Part shown: piece by piece, positions 25,991-35,977 of the stretch
Position numbering within the stretch: the stretch's first letter is position 1
Layout of the letters: every line of letters starts with the position of its first letter
NCBI GenBank assembly: GCA_009992215.1
Contig: JAACWB010000006.1
Span: 1 to 62,518 of the forward strand
DNA from: an archaeon
Lineage (GTDB): Archaea > Nanobdellota > Nanobdellia > Pacearchaeales > GW2011-AR1
Direction of reading: 5' to 3'
DNA: 62,518 bases
The notes under the pieces: model-generated
Databases searched by the model: none
What the model was told of the DNA's origin: nothing
What the model saw: only the letters and a program-made list of their open reading frames with translations
Position numbers and translations under genes: made by a program

Positions 25991-28336
25991 ATGGCAAAGC
26001 CTAATTTTCATGAGATTGAGGAAAAGATAAAAAAGTTTTGGGATGAAAATCAAATCTACAAAACAAAGGATTTATCGGATGAAAATATTTATTCAGTTGA
26101 CACTCCGCCTCCAACTGTTTCAGGGAAAATGCATATTGGTCATGCTTTTAGTTATTCACAGCAAGATTTTATTGTTCGGTTTATGAGAATGTTTAAAGGA
26201 AATGTATTTTATCCTTTTGGTACTGATGACAATGGACTTCCAACAGAAAGGCTTGTTGAAAAAACAAATAATGTTAAGAGTAAAAATATGGGGCGTCAAG
26301 AATTTGTTTTACTTTGTTTGGAAACATTAAAAAAAATTAAACCTGCTTTTATTCAAGATTGGAAGGACATTGGTGTTTCGTGTGATTATAATGTTACATA
26401 TTCTACAATTGACCCACAAGCTCAAAAGATTAGTCAAAAATCTTTTGTTGAATTATATAATAAAGGGCAAATATACAAAAAAAGTTTTCCAACAATTTGG
26501 TGCCCTGAGTGTCAAACTTCAATTGCTCAAGCTGAACTTGAAGACAAAGAGTCTTCTACAAAATTTTCAACTTTGAAATTTAGTTGTGAAGGTAAAGATT
26601 TACTTATTGCAACAACTAGACCAGAAATGCTTTATTCTTGCGTGGCTGTTTTTGTTAATCCAAAGGATGAGAGATATGCTTCTATTGTTGGTAAAACAGC
26701 AAATGTTCCAATTTTTGATTATGAGGTTCCAATTATCGCGGATGAGTCTGCAGAAATTGATAAGGGAACTGGTGTACTTATGATTTGTTCATATGGGGAT
26801 AGATTTGATGTTGATGCAATTAATCGGCATGGACTTACACCAAAAGTAATTATGGAAAAGAATGGAACAATTAATGCTCCAGGTTATGAGGGAATGTATG
26901 TTACAAAAGCAAGAGAAAAAATTTTAGAAGATTTGAAAGAAAAAAATTTAATTTTTGAACAAAAAGATATTACTCATGTTGTGAATGTTCATGACAAGTG
27001 TGGGACAGCGATAGAATTTGTTGAAACACCTCAATGGTTTATTTCTGTTATTGACAAGAAGAAGGATTTGTTAGAACAAGGAAATAAAATTAATTGGTAT
27101 CCAGAATATATGAAAAAAAGGTATGACAATTGGGTTAGTGGTTTAGAATGGGATTGGTCAATTTCACGTAATAGACATTTTGGGATTCCGATTCCAGCTT
27201 GGGAATGTTCTTGTGGTGAAATTGTTGTTGCCAAAGAAAATGAACTTCCTATCGACCCGACAACTGTAGAAAAAAAATGTCCAAAGTGTAATGAAGTTAT
27301 GGTTCCAGAGACAATGGTTTTAGATACTTGGGCAACTTCATCAGTTTCTCCACAAATTGCAACTGACTTAGTTGAAAATAAAATTAAACTACCTTATTCA
27401 CTTAGACCACAGGCGCATGACATTATTAGAACTTGGGCATTTTATACAATTGTTAAATCTTATTTACATGAAAATAAAATTCCTTGGAAGGATATTGTTA
27501 TTTCAGGTAATGTTTCACTTGGCGGAGAAAAGATGAGTAAGTCAAAGGGAAATGTTGTTGATCCAAAAGCTGTTTTAGAAAAGTATTCTGCTGACGCACT
27601 TAGATATTGGGCAAGTGGTTCAAAGTTAGGTTCTGACTTGGATTATCAAGAAAATGATTTAGTTACTGGAATGAAACTAGTTAATAAAATTTTGAATGCT
27701 GCAAATTTTGTTTTTATGAATTTGAAAGATTACGACGGAAAGAGTAGACCTGAAAAGTTAGAGAAAGTCGATTTAATCTTTTTAACAAAGGTTGAGCTTT
27801 TGGTTAAAAGAGTTACTAAGGCATTCAAGTCTTATGAATATTCAAAGGCAAAACAAGAAGTTGATGAATTTTTTTGGAAAGTATTTTGTGATAATTATTT
27901 AGAGATTGTAAAGAAAAGAGTTTATCAAGGAGAAGGAGATAAAAAATTGTCAGCAGAGTATGCTTTGTATCATGGGCTTTTGACACTCATAAAATTATTT
28001 GCGCCAATTGTACCTTTTGTTACAGAAGAAGTTTATCAAGAACATTATAAAAAAATTGAAGGGGATGAATCAATTCATTTGAGCCGTTGGCCTGAAGTTA
28101 AAAATATTGAACAAGAAGAATTAGATGTTGTTCACAAATGGGAAACTATTGTAAATGTTGTTGAGAATGTTAGAAGATGGAAATCAAAAGAACAAAAGGC
28201 AATGAATTCTGAAATTAATTTGACTTTACTCAAAGAAGAGTTGGTTTCTTTGGAAGAATGCTTAGAAGATTTGAAGAATGTTACTGGTGCTGTTGAAATT
28301 AAAGAAGGCAAACAGTTTAGGGTTGATTTTATTTAA
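25991..28336 (+). CDS. valS: valyl-tRNA synthetase
   Basis: PPPTVSGKMHIGHAF (HIGH) and EKMSKSKGN (KMSKS). Length 781 aa. Confidence 0.95.
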   Translation: MAKPNFHEIEEKIKKFWDENQIYKTKDLSDENIYSVDTPPPTVSGKMHIGHAFSYSQQDFIVRFMRMFKGNVFYPFGTDDNGLPTERLVEKTNNVKSKNMGRQEFVLLCLETLKKIKPAFIQDWKDIGVSCDYNVTYSTIDPQAQKISQKSFVELYNKGQIYKKSFPTIWCPECQTSIAQAELEDKESSTKFSTLKFSCEGKDLLIATTRPEMLYSCVAVFVNPKDERYASIVGKTANVPIFDYEVPIIADESAEIDKGTGVLMICSYGDRFDVDAINRHGLTPKVIMEKNGTINAPGYEGMYVTKAREKILEDLKEKNLIFEQKDITHVVNVHDKCGTAIEFVETPQWFISVIDKKKDLLEQGNKINWYPEYMKKRYDNWVSGLEWDWSISRNRHFGIPIPAWECSCGEIVVAKENELPIDPTTVEKKCPKCNEVMVPETMVLDTWATSSVSPQIATDLVENKIKLPYSLRPQAHDIIRTWAFYTIVKSYLHENKIPWKDIVISGNVSLGGEKMSKSKGNVVDPKAVLEKYSADALRYWASGSKLGSDLDYQENDLVTGMKLVNKILNAANFVFMNLKDYDGKSRPEKLEKVDLIFLTKVELLVKRVTKAFKSYEYSKAKQEVDEFFWKVFCDNYLEIVKKRVYQGEGDKKLSAEYALYHGLLTLIKLFAPIVPFVTEEVYQEHYKKIEGDESIHLSRWPEVKNIEQEELDVVHKWETIVNVVENVRRWKSKEQKAMNSEINLTLLKEELVSLEECLEDLKNVTGAVEIKEGKQFRVDFI

Positions 28337-28376
28337 TCACAATAATAATTAAAAACTATGAATTAATTTTTTCTTA

Positions 28377-29036
28377 ATGATTAAAACTAGAGAGCAGAGT
28401 TTGGATTCTGTTAATCAGGAAATTGAGGCTTTCAAGAGAAACAATAATGTTACTCAAGGCACAATTGGAATGCATCTTAAAAAATATATTTTAGAAAATA
28501 ATGAAAATTTTGTTTTGATTAATGATGGTCTTTTTTTAGGTGGAAATGGAGATTATTCGTTGGTTGATAACTTTATTTTGGCAAGGATGAACACTTTTTC
28601 TATGAGTGAAAGAGAATTAGATTCTTTGAGATTTGGAATTTATTATAATAATTTTCATGACGTTAATCATAAAATTAATTATGGTGACAAGAGAGAAGGT
28701 TTTTTTGAAAGTATAAAATATAAGGAAGACATAATTTTCCCTTTTTTTACGCGGAAGTTGAAAAGTTCTGAAACTGGAGGGCATGAAAGTAGTATGAGAA
28801 TTGCAATTAGTCACAATGATTTTTTTGAGAATATGGATAAAATCGGTTTACTAAAAAGAGAATATTTTACAAAACAAAATGAAGACTTTGTTAAAGATTC
28901 TTTTTCTGATGGAAAAGAGTTTTACAAGTTTTTTTCAAAAAAAGGTGTTTCTGATTTTGTTTTAAATTCTGTTTTAGAAACTTTTACAAAAAATTCTCCC
29001 GAAGATTTAGAAGAAAAAGTTAAATTTTATTTTTAA
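28377..29036 (+). CDS. hypothetical protein
   Basis: ORF of 219 aa. Confidence 0.5.
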   Translation: MIKTREQSLDSVNQEIEAFKRNNNVTQGTIGMHLKKYILENNENFVLINDGLFLGGNGDYSLVDNFILARMNTFSMSERELDSLRFGIYYNNFHDVNHKINYGDKREGFFESIKYKEDIIFPFFTRKLKSSETGGHESSMRIAISHNDFFENMDKIGLLKREYFTKQNEDFVKDSFSDGKEFYKFFSKKGVSDFVLNSVLETFTKNSPEDLEEKVKFYF

Positions 29037-29080
29037 TTAATTAAGGAAAAATTTAAATGTTCTTTTGTTTTATTTTTCTA

Positions 29081-29485
29081 ATGAATAAAATAATTGCAGC
29101 TGGACCAGTCATTGTTTCAGAAGGAAGACTTTTGGTTGCTCATGATGGGAAGGATGATTTTTTTAAGATTCCTGGTGGAAAGCCTGAAGCTCTAGAAACT
29201 TTAGAAGAATGTGTTCATCGTGAGTTAAAGGAAGAAACTGGTTACAAGTGCGAACTTATAGGAAAATTATCTACAAAATATTTGAAGAAAAAACCGCAAA
29301 CTGGAGAAGAGATTGATATTGAGTTATATCATTTTAGTGCAAAAATTATTGGAGAAATAAAAAGTTATGAATCATTTTTTCATAATAATCATCATGTTCA
29401 TTGGTTGCCTGTTTCTGAGATTAAAGAAGGAAAATATAAAGTTGCGCCAAATATAGAATTTTTAATTGAGAAAGGTGAGATTTAA
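29081..29485 (+). CDS. NUDIX hydrolase
   Basis: Nudix box GGKPEALETLEECVHRELKEETGY. Start trimmed to MNKIIAAG. Confidence 0.85.
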   Translation: MNKIIAAGPVIVSEGRLLVAHDGKDDFFKIPGGKPEALETLEECVHRELKEETGYKCELIGKLSTKYLKKKPQTGEEIDIELYHFSAKIIGEIKSYESFFHNNHHVHWLPVSEIKEGKYKVAPNIEFLIEKGEI

Positions 29486-30081
29486 TTCCCTTTACAATAT
29501 TCTTTAACAATTTCCATGTCTTTTAGCCATTCAGGTTCAAGTGCACGTTTGTAAATTATTGCTGCTGGGTGAAAGAGTGGAATTAGTTTTATTTTCAAAC
29601 CATCAATTTCTACTTCTTGTACTTGTCCGTGAACTTGTGTAATTCCTGGTTGGTTTTTCATGTCTTCTACATTTGTTTTTGCGAGAAAAAATTTTGTTGC
29701 GTAGTTTCCAAGAGAACAAATTATTTTTGGTTTCATCTCTTTTATTTGTTTTAGGAGCCAAGGTGTGTGTGTTTTGATTTCTTCAGTTGTGGGGTCACGA
29801 TTCTCAGGTGGTCGGCATTTCAAAATATTTGCAATATAAATTTCATCTATTGACAAACCTACTTCATTTAATAGTTTGTCAAGATTTTTTCCTGCGGCTC
29901 CACAAAAAGGAATTCCTTCTTTGTCTTCGTTTCTTCCTGGAGCTTCACCAACAAAAAGAATTTCTGCATTTTTGTTTCCTCTTCCAACGACAATATTTGT
30001 ACAGTCTTTGAAGAGAGGACACCTTTTTACCAAAGCTGCTTCATAAAAATTAAATTCGGGGGATTTTTTGTTTGATTCCAT
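29482..30081 (-). CDS. udg: uracil-DNA glycosylase family 4
   Basis: CPLFKDC and FVGEAPGRNEDKEGIPFCGAAGKNLDKLL. Confidence 0.9.
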   Translation of the reverse strand: MESNKKSPEFNFYEAALVKRCPLFKDCTNIVVGRGNKNAEILFVGEAPGRNEDKEGIPFCGAAGKNLDKLLNEVGLSIDEIYIANILKCRPPENRDPTTEEIKTHTPWLLKQIKEMKPKIICSLGNYATKFFLAKTNVEDMKNQPGITQVHGQVQEVEIDGLKIKLIPLFHPAAIIYKRALEPEWLKDMEIVKEYCKGN

Positions 30082-30117
30082 GTTTGTTAAAATGAAGAAT
30101 TGTTTATATAAATTTTT

Positions 30118-30212
30118 AAAATTTCTTCGTTATTTCTCACGCCCTTAGTTTTGAAACGCGCCCAAGTTTTTAGCCCGCCCTAATTACGAAGAAATTTTCT
30201 ATACTGATTAAG
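30118..30212 (+). repeat. C-tract hairpin repeat, copy C
   Basis: aaaatttcttcgttat..cacgccc..gcgccc..cccgccctaattacgaagaaattttct..gattaag. Confidence 0.8.
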
Positions 30213-30278
30213 ACTCATTGAGATTGAGTAAGAATAGAAACCCCAAACCTTTAAAACTCGGTTTTTTCTAATTTAGTT

Positions 30279-31373
30279 ATGGTATTACAATCATTAACTA
30301 AGGAACAATTGTCAGAACTTTTGGAAACTCTTAGTGGTTACAGGGGACGAGCAACTGAATTAATTACTGTTTATGTTCCAGCGGGTTATGACCCTAACGC
30401 TGTTCAACGTCAACTTGAGGCGGAAGTTTCAACGGCAAAAAATATTAAGTCAACTTCAACAAGAAAGAACGTTACAGAATCTTTGGAAAAAATTATTCGT
30501 ACATTAAAAGAATATATGACAACTCCTCCTCGTGGAATGGCTCTTTTTGCAGGAAATGTTAGCGAGAATGAAAGTCAAACAGATATTCAACTTTGGGAAA
30601 TTGAACCGCCTGAGGAAGTTAGAATTAGACTTTACAGATGTGACAAGGAATTTGTTTTAGAGCCGTTACAATCAATGCTTGAAGTTAGTGAAATTTATGC
30701 GCTTTTAGTTATGGATAGAAAAGAAGCAACAATCGGGCAACTTGTTGGTAAAAGAATTGAAATGCTTCAAAATATGAGTAGCGGAGTTCCAAGTAAAGTT
30801 CGTGCTGGAGGGCAGTCTTCACAACGTTTTCACAGAATTACTGAAGGTTTAACAAAAGATTTTTACAAAAGAATTGCCGATGAAATGAAGAGTTTATTTT
30901 ATGAAGAACCAAAATTAAAAGGAATTTTAATTGGTGGGCCTATTCCAACAAAAGACGAATTTGTTGACGGTGCATATTTACCAACAATTTTACAAGATAA
31001 AATTATTGGAGTGAAAGATCAAGGGGACACAAGTGAATCTGGGCTTAAAGAATTAGTTGAACTTAGTCAAGATGTTTTGGCTAACCAAGAAATTATTCAT
31101 GAGAAAAAATTACTTGAGAAATTTTTTGATAATTTGGGTGCAAAGCCTGAAACAACGCCATATCATTATGAAGATGTTAAAAAAGCACTTCAGTTTGGTG
31201 CAGTTGATTTACTTATTTTTTCTAAAGATTACGATAAAGACAAAGCAAAAGAGTTAAAGGAAATTGCCGCAAATATGGGTACAACAGTTGAAACTGTTTC
31301 AAGGGAGACTCCCGAAGGAGAACAGTTTTGGTCGGTTGGGGGGATTGGGGCAATCCAACGTTTCAAATTTTAA
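30279..31373 (+). CDS. prf1: peptide chain release factor aRF1
   Basis: NIKS (TAKNIKSTSTRKN) and GGQ (RAGGQSSQRF). Confidence 0.9.
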   Translation: MVLQSLTKEQLSELLETLSGYRGRATELITVYVPAGYDPNAVQRQLEAEVSTAKNIKSTSTRKNVTESLEKIIRTLKEYMTTPPRGMALFAGNVSENESQTDIQLWEIEPPEEVRIRLYRCDKEFVLEPLQSMLEVSEIYALLVMDRKEATIGQLVGKRIEMLQNMSSGVPSKVRAGGQSSQRFHRITEGLTKDFYKRIADEMKSLFYEEPKLKGILIGGPIPTKDEFVDGAYLPTILQDKIIGVKDQGDTSESGLKELVELSQDVLANQEIIHEKKLLEKFFDNLGAKPETTPYHYEDVKKALQFGAVDLLIFSKDYDKDKAKELKEIAANMGTTVETVSRETPEGEQFWSVGGIGAIQRFKF

Positions 31374-31482
31374 TTTTTGTTTCTTTTTGGTTAAAATCGA
31401 AAGATTTTCATTACTCGTTTACAGAAAGTAAACAACGTAAAGAAAATCTTTAATTTTATCTCAAAAATAATTCAAAAATTGT
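31374..31482 (+). terminator. post-stop hairpin module, subtype 2, copy c (T-rich tract + long hairpin + AAAAATAATTCAAAA box)
   Basis: Starts at the aRF1 stop. AAAGATTTTC (31400..31409) pairs with GAAAATCTTT (31442..31451). Inner hairpin GTTTAC AGAAA GTAAAC. Confidence 0.6.
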
Positions 31483-31541
31483 TGGGGGTTGGAGAAACAT
31501 TGATATGAAAAATTTAAGAAGTCATTTTAATTGTTTTAAGT

Positions 31542-32009
31542 ATGGATTATGCAAAAGGTTTTGAATTTCAGGTTTTGAATTTGAAAAATTTTTTATTGAG
31601 CAAAATTTCTTATTCAGAATGGAAAAATAATTATGAAAAAACAAAGAAATCATATAAAATTGTTTTTGAATCAGATGATTTTAAAGATTTTTCAACTAAA
31701 ATGTATGAATTTTTTAAAGATGTAGAGTTGGTAAAAGCGAGATTGGCTCATGAGAAGAAACATGTAATGATAAATAAAAAATATGGAATAAAATCTAGAT
31801 TTGTTCTAAAAAGTTACAAAAGAGACGGAAAAATAAGATATAGGCCTTCTGTTTTAGATGGGGATAAAGAAGATAAAAAAATATTGTGGTCAAAGAAAAA
31901 ATTATGGAAATATAATTATGAACAAACTTCCATGAAAGATGCAAGCGATAATGATAAAAAAATTAAAAATATGCTACTTGAAATAAAGAAAGAAATTAAT
32001 CTATCTTAG
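31542..32009 (+). CDS. hypothetical protein with HExxH motif
   Basis: AHEKKHV in a 155-aa ORF. Confidence 0.4.
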   Translation: MDYAKGFEFQVLNLKNFLLSKISYSEWKNNYEKTKKSYKIVFESDDFKDFSTKMYEFFKDVELVKARLAHEKKHVMINKKYGIKSRFVLKSYKRDGKIRYRPSVLDGDKEDKKILWSKKKLWKYNYEQTSMKDASDNDKKIKNMLLEIKKEINLS

Positions 32010-32609
32010 AAATTGTTTATTTCTATTATGAACATATTTATTTTTTAGTCTGAATTTTTTTTCTAGAATTGTTTTTGGAATTATTTTTGCATATCTTATA
32101 TTATCTTTGAAGTTTGCAATTTTTTTATTTTCAAAATAAACATTATTTTCTTGAATTTTCAAATTTTTTTCTCCATCTCTAAAATTTTCATAATAAGGAA
32201 AAATTATTCCTTCTGTAAAATTTAGTTTGTAACCTAAATTGTTTATATCTCTTTTGAATTGTATCTTTAAATCAATCAATCTTTTTTCTAACGGTTGATC
32301 CTTTGATTCTTCTGGATTTATTGTCATGATGCTATTTCCAGAAATTGAATCAATTATTTGTATATAATTGAATTTGAAAGAAGAATATGTTTTGATTTTT
32401 TTTATTCCTTCTTTATATTCTCCAGTTATTTTTTTCTTGATTCCAAAAGTTTCTATGGCATGGTATATTCCAGATTGTGTTGTTTCGATATCAAGTATTT
32501 TTGAAATATCTTTTACAGGTTTTATTCTCATTCTTTGTTTTGTTTTTGGATTAATTGCCCAAATTTCTTGGTCAGTTGCAATAATTATATAATTTTCATC
32601 ACTTTTCAT
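32001..32609 (-). CDS. hypothetical protein
   Basis: ORF of 202 aa. Confidence 0.5.
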   Translation of the reverse strand: MKSDENYIIIATDQEIWAINPKTKQRMRIKPVKDISKILDIETTQSGIYHAIETFGIKKKITGEYKEGIKKIKTYSSFKFNYIQIIDSISGNSIMTINPEESKDQPLEKRLIDLKIQFKRDINNLGYKLNFTEGIIFPYYENFRDGEKNLKIQENNVYFENKKIANFKDNIRYAKIIPKTILEKKFRLKNKYVHNRNKQFLR

Positions 32610-32646
32610 AAATTTTTTTAGGTAATTTTATTTATAATACTTGTTG

Positions 32647-33147
32647 TTAAAATAAATCATGGAACCAATTTGGGAAAACTCCTGTGTTTTCGCAATGATA
32701 TACTTTGTGGATGTTTTGGTTCCAAATCCATTTTATTGTTAGGTTGTTTTGTTCTAGGAGTTTTTTGTTTTCTAGGGAAAGTCTAAGATAAGGTGGCTTG
32801 AAGAGTGTTGGCTCGTATCCAAAACAATCGTTAAAGATTTCTTTCCCTTTTTGTAATTCTGTTTCATTTACAAAATATTTGAATTCATGGTAACTGTGAT
32901 AAATTCCGTGCATTCCGATTGTTTTGTTCATTGCAAGAATTTCTTCACACCATGTTTGATTGTTTGAAATAGGAACATTGTTTTTTAATGGAGTTACCCA
33001 AATAATATCTGCTTTTTGTAAATAGTTTCCTTCGCATGTCCAATTTGGATTGATGTCGTCGATTTCCCTTGGTGTTGTAAGTCTTGCTAAAACTAATAAA
33101 ATTAACAAGCCCAAAATTATTGTTAATATTACTTCCCCTCTTTTCAT
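32647..33147 (-). CDS. membrane-anchored protein (possibly DUF2334/deacetylase-like)
   Basis: N-terminal TM segment (VILTIILGLLILLVLA) and GMHGIYHSYHEF. Confidence 0.4.
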   Translation of the reverse strand: MKRGEVILTIILGLLILLVLARLTTPREIDDINPNWTCEGNYLQKADIIWVTPLKNNVPISNNQTWCEEILAMNKTIGMHGIYHSYHEFKYFVNETELQKGKEIFNDCFGYEPTLFKPPYLRLSLENKKLLEQNNLTIKWIWNQNIHKVYHCENTGVFPNWFHDLF

Positions 33148-33237
33148 TAATTAAAAAAGATTTTTGAGATTAAAAATATTGGTTTTTATATATCACAAAT
33201 CCACAACATTTTAAAAACAAATTTTGTTATTCTTTTA

Positions 33238-34023
33238 ATGAATAAAGAAATTGTTAATGTAAATAATTTACTGAAGAAATTTGGGGATTTTGTTGCTGTT
33301 GATAATATTAATTTTTCTGTGAAGAAAGGTGAAATTTTTGCTTTTCTTGGTCCTAATGGTGCTGGAAAATCTACAACTATAAAAATTATGACAACTCTTT
33401 CTAAGGCCAATGGTGGAAGCGTAGAAATTAATGGATTTGATGTTTTAAAGGATAAAAAGAAAGTTCGTGAATCTATTGGTGTTATATTTCAGGATCCTAC
33501 TTTGGATGAAGATTTAACGGCTTATGAAAATTTATATTATCATTCTATTTTATATGGAATTTCTAAAGCTAAAAGGAAGAAAAAAATTGAGGATTTGTTG
33601 AATTATGTTGGTTTGTTAGATAGAAAAAATGATTTTGTGAAAAATTTTTCTGGAGGAATGAAAAGGCGTGTTGAAATTGCCAGAGGTCTTTTGCATGATC
33701 CTAAACTTTTATTTTTAGATGAACCAACTTTGGGGCTTGATGTTCAGACTAGAACTTTTCTTTGGAATCACATAAAAAAGGTTAACAAAGAGAAGAAAAT
33801 TACTGTTTTTTTTACAAGTCATAATTTGGATGAGGCGGAGAAAATTGCTACAAAAGTTGCAATAATTGATCATGGAAGAATTTTAATTATTGGAACTTCT
33901 GAGGAGATTAAAAAGAAAACTAAGACGAAATCACTTGAAAAAGCTTTTTTGAAATTGACGGGTTATGATATTCGTGTTGATAAGGCTGATGGTGTAGATA
34001 GGATGAGGAGGTTTAGAAGATAA
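33238..34023 (+). CDS. ABC transporter ATP-binding protein
   Basis: Walker A GPNGAGKST, signature FSGGMKRRV, Walker B LLFLDEPT. Confidence 0.9.
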   Translation: MNKEIVNVNNLLKKFGDFVAVDNINFSVKKGEIFAFLGPNGAGKSTTIKIMTTLSKANGGSVEINGFDVLKDKKKVRESIGVIFQDPTLDEDLTAYENLYYHSILYGISKAKRKKKIEDLLNYVGLLDRKNDFVKNFSGGMKRRVEIARGLLHDPKLLFLDEPTLGLDVQTRTFLWNHIKKVNKEKKITVFFTSHNLDEAEKIATKVAIIDHGRILIIGTSEEIKKKTKTKSLEKAFLKLTGYDIRVDKADGVDRMRRFRR

Positions 34024-34024
34024 A

Positions 34025-34771
34025 ATGGATTCAGCACTTTATGTTATGTGGCATAGACAAATTAAAGAGTATTTTAGAAATAAACAGAGATTGATTGTGT
34101 CTTTAGTACAGCCACTTTTGTTTTTAATTGCTTTTGGATTTGGTTTGGGTAATAGTTTTCAATCTTCAGGTAATTTCAATTATATCCAGTATCTTTTACC
34201 TGGAATTGTTGGTATGACAATTATGATGAGTTCTACTATGGGGGGAATGTCTTTAATTTGGGATAAGAAATTTGGTTTTTTGAAGGAAACTTTGGTTGCT
34301 CCTGTTTCTAGAATTAATTTGCTTTTTGGTAGGTGTTTGGGAAATGCTACAACTAGTGTTTTTCAGGGATTGATTGTTTTATTTTTAGGATATTTTATGG
34401 GATTTAGAATTTTTAATTGGTCAATGTTTCCATTAATAATTTTGTGCATGTTTTTTATTGCACTATTGTTTAATTTACTTGGGACGAGTTTAGCTGCTAA
34501 GTTTGATGATATGCAATCTTTTCCTTCAATAATGAATTTTTTAATGATGCCAATGATGTTTTTATCTGGGGCTTTTTTTTCTACTAATAATTTTCCTAAA
34601 GTTTTGCAATTTATTGTTAAAATAAATCCTTTTGATTATTGTGTTAGTTTGCTTCGTTTTGTTATTAGTGGTATTGAAACAAACCTTTTATTAGATTTTA
34701 TGGTTGTTGGAATTTTAATTCTTCTTTTGGGATTTTTGGGTACAAGATTGTTTAATCGAATGGAAGTTTAA
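34025..34771 (+). CDS. ABC-2 type permease
   Basis: Six hydrophobic segments. The gene lies immediately downstream of the ATPase. Confidence 0.8.
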   Translation: MDSALYVMWHRQIKEYFRNKQRLIVSLVQPLLFLIAFGFGLGNSFQSSGNFNYIQYLLPGIVGMTIMMSSTMGGMSLIWDKKFGFLKETLVAPVSRINLLFGRCLGNATTSVFQGLIVLFLGYFMGFRIFNWSMFPLIILCMFFIALLFNLLGTSLAAKFDDMQSFPSIMNFLMMPMMFLSGAFFSTNNFPKVLQFIVKINPFDYCVSLLRFVISGIETNLLLDFMVVGILILLLGFLGTRLFNRMEV

Positions 34772-34808
34772 TGTTTAATTTTTTAAACTCATATGTCTTT
34801 CTTATGTC

Positions 34809-35384
34809 ATGGATATTAGTAGAAAAACTCTTGATGAAATTGATAATTCAAAAGAAAAAGAAAACATGCGTTTAGTGGAATCGATTTTGTTTATTTCTGC
34901 TAGGTTTCTTTCTATTCAAGAATTAATAACTTATTCAAATTTGAATTCTATTCAGATTTTGGAAGCATTAAAGAAAATAAGGGAGAAATATTTGAAGGAT
35001 GATTCTGCACTTGAATTAATTGAGAGGAATAATTTGTGGAAAATGGATGTTAAGCCAGAATATACTTATGTTGTAAATAAACTTGCAACTGGTTCTGCGG
35101 AATTTACAAAGGCAGAACAAGAGACCTTGGCAATTATTGCATACAAGCAACCAATTAAGCAATCTGTTATAATTAAGATTCGAGGAAATAAAGCGTATGA
35201 CCACATCCACAGATTTTTACAATTGAATTTGATAAAGAGTAAAAAAGAAGGGCATACAAATGTTTTGACTTTGTCAGATGAATTTTATGATTATTTTAAT
35301 ATTTCTGGAACTCATGAAAATCCTCTAAAGGAAACACCTTATTCACACGAGGAAGAAGGTGAAGAAGAAGAGATTGAAGAATAG
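34809..35384 (+). CDS. scpB: segregation and condensation protein B-like
   Basis: ESILFISARFLSIQELI and ETLAIIAYKQPIKQSVIIKIRG (tandem wHTH), plus an acidic tail. Confidence 0.7.
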   Translation: MDISRKTLDEIDNSKEKENMRLVESILFISARFLSIQELITYSNLNSIQILEALKKIREKYLKDDSALELIERNNLWKMDVKPEYTYVVNKLATGSAEFTKAEQETLAIIAYKQPIKQSVIIKIRGNKAYDHIHRFLQLNLIKSKKEGHTNVLTLSDEFYDYFNISGTHENPLKETPYSHEEEGEEEEIEE

Positions 35385-35470
35385 CTTGTAGAAAGTAGAG
35401 TATAAATCAGTTTTTTCCCGCCACCAATTTTTCCCCCGACCGCCCACCCCAAAGGCATGATTGAGTTAAG
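35382..35470 (+). repeat. C-tract repeat, copy J (no AT arms)
   Basis: tagcttgtag..cccgccaccaatttttcccccgaccgcccacccc..gagttaag. The first 3 nt are the scpB stop codon. Confidence 0.6.
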
Positions 35471-35528
35471 TGGAACATGTACATTTTAATTACTAAATAT
35501 TTATATATAATTTTGTTTTGCAAATTCA

Positions 35529-35924
35529 ATGGAAAAAAAAGAAGCTTATAATATTTTAATTAATAGTTATTTAGATTTTCGTTTTGGTCAAGTTGATATA
35601 ATTTCAGGAGATGTAAAGAAAAATATGGTTACCAAAGTTTTGAATTCATATTATGAACAGGGAGTTCCCCCTTTGATGTATGCTCTTAAAAATCTTGAAA
35701 AAGATAGAGATCAATTAGCCAGAAAATTATGTCAAGAATATTTTGGGTCTAATTATAATGAACGAGAAGGATATATGGAAGCTTGTGCTATAAATTATTT
35801 TATTAATAAGATTAACCAAATTCCTAAACATAAATTATCTCTTGAGGATTGTAAATTTAACCCTGAAGAACCAAGCTGGAATTATTATTCTGAATTATAT
35901 GAAGAATTTTTAGAAGGAATATAA
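35529..35924 (+). CDS. hypothetical protein
   Basis: ORF of 131 aa. Confidence 0.5.
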   Translation: MEKKEAYNILINSYLDFRFGQVDIISGDVKKNMVTKVLNSYYEQGVPPLMYALKNLEKDRDQLARKLCQEYFGSNYNEREGYMEACAINYFINKINQIPKHKLSLEDCKFNPEEPSWNYYSELYEEFLEGI

Positions 35925-35977
35925 TTTTATGAATAAAAATCTTTAAAATACCTTTATGTTTCTTTTATTTGATTAAG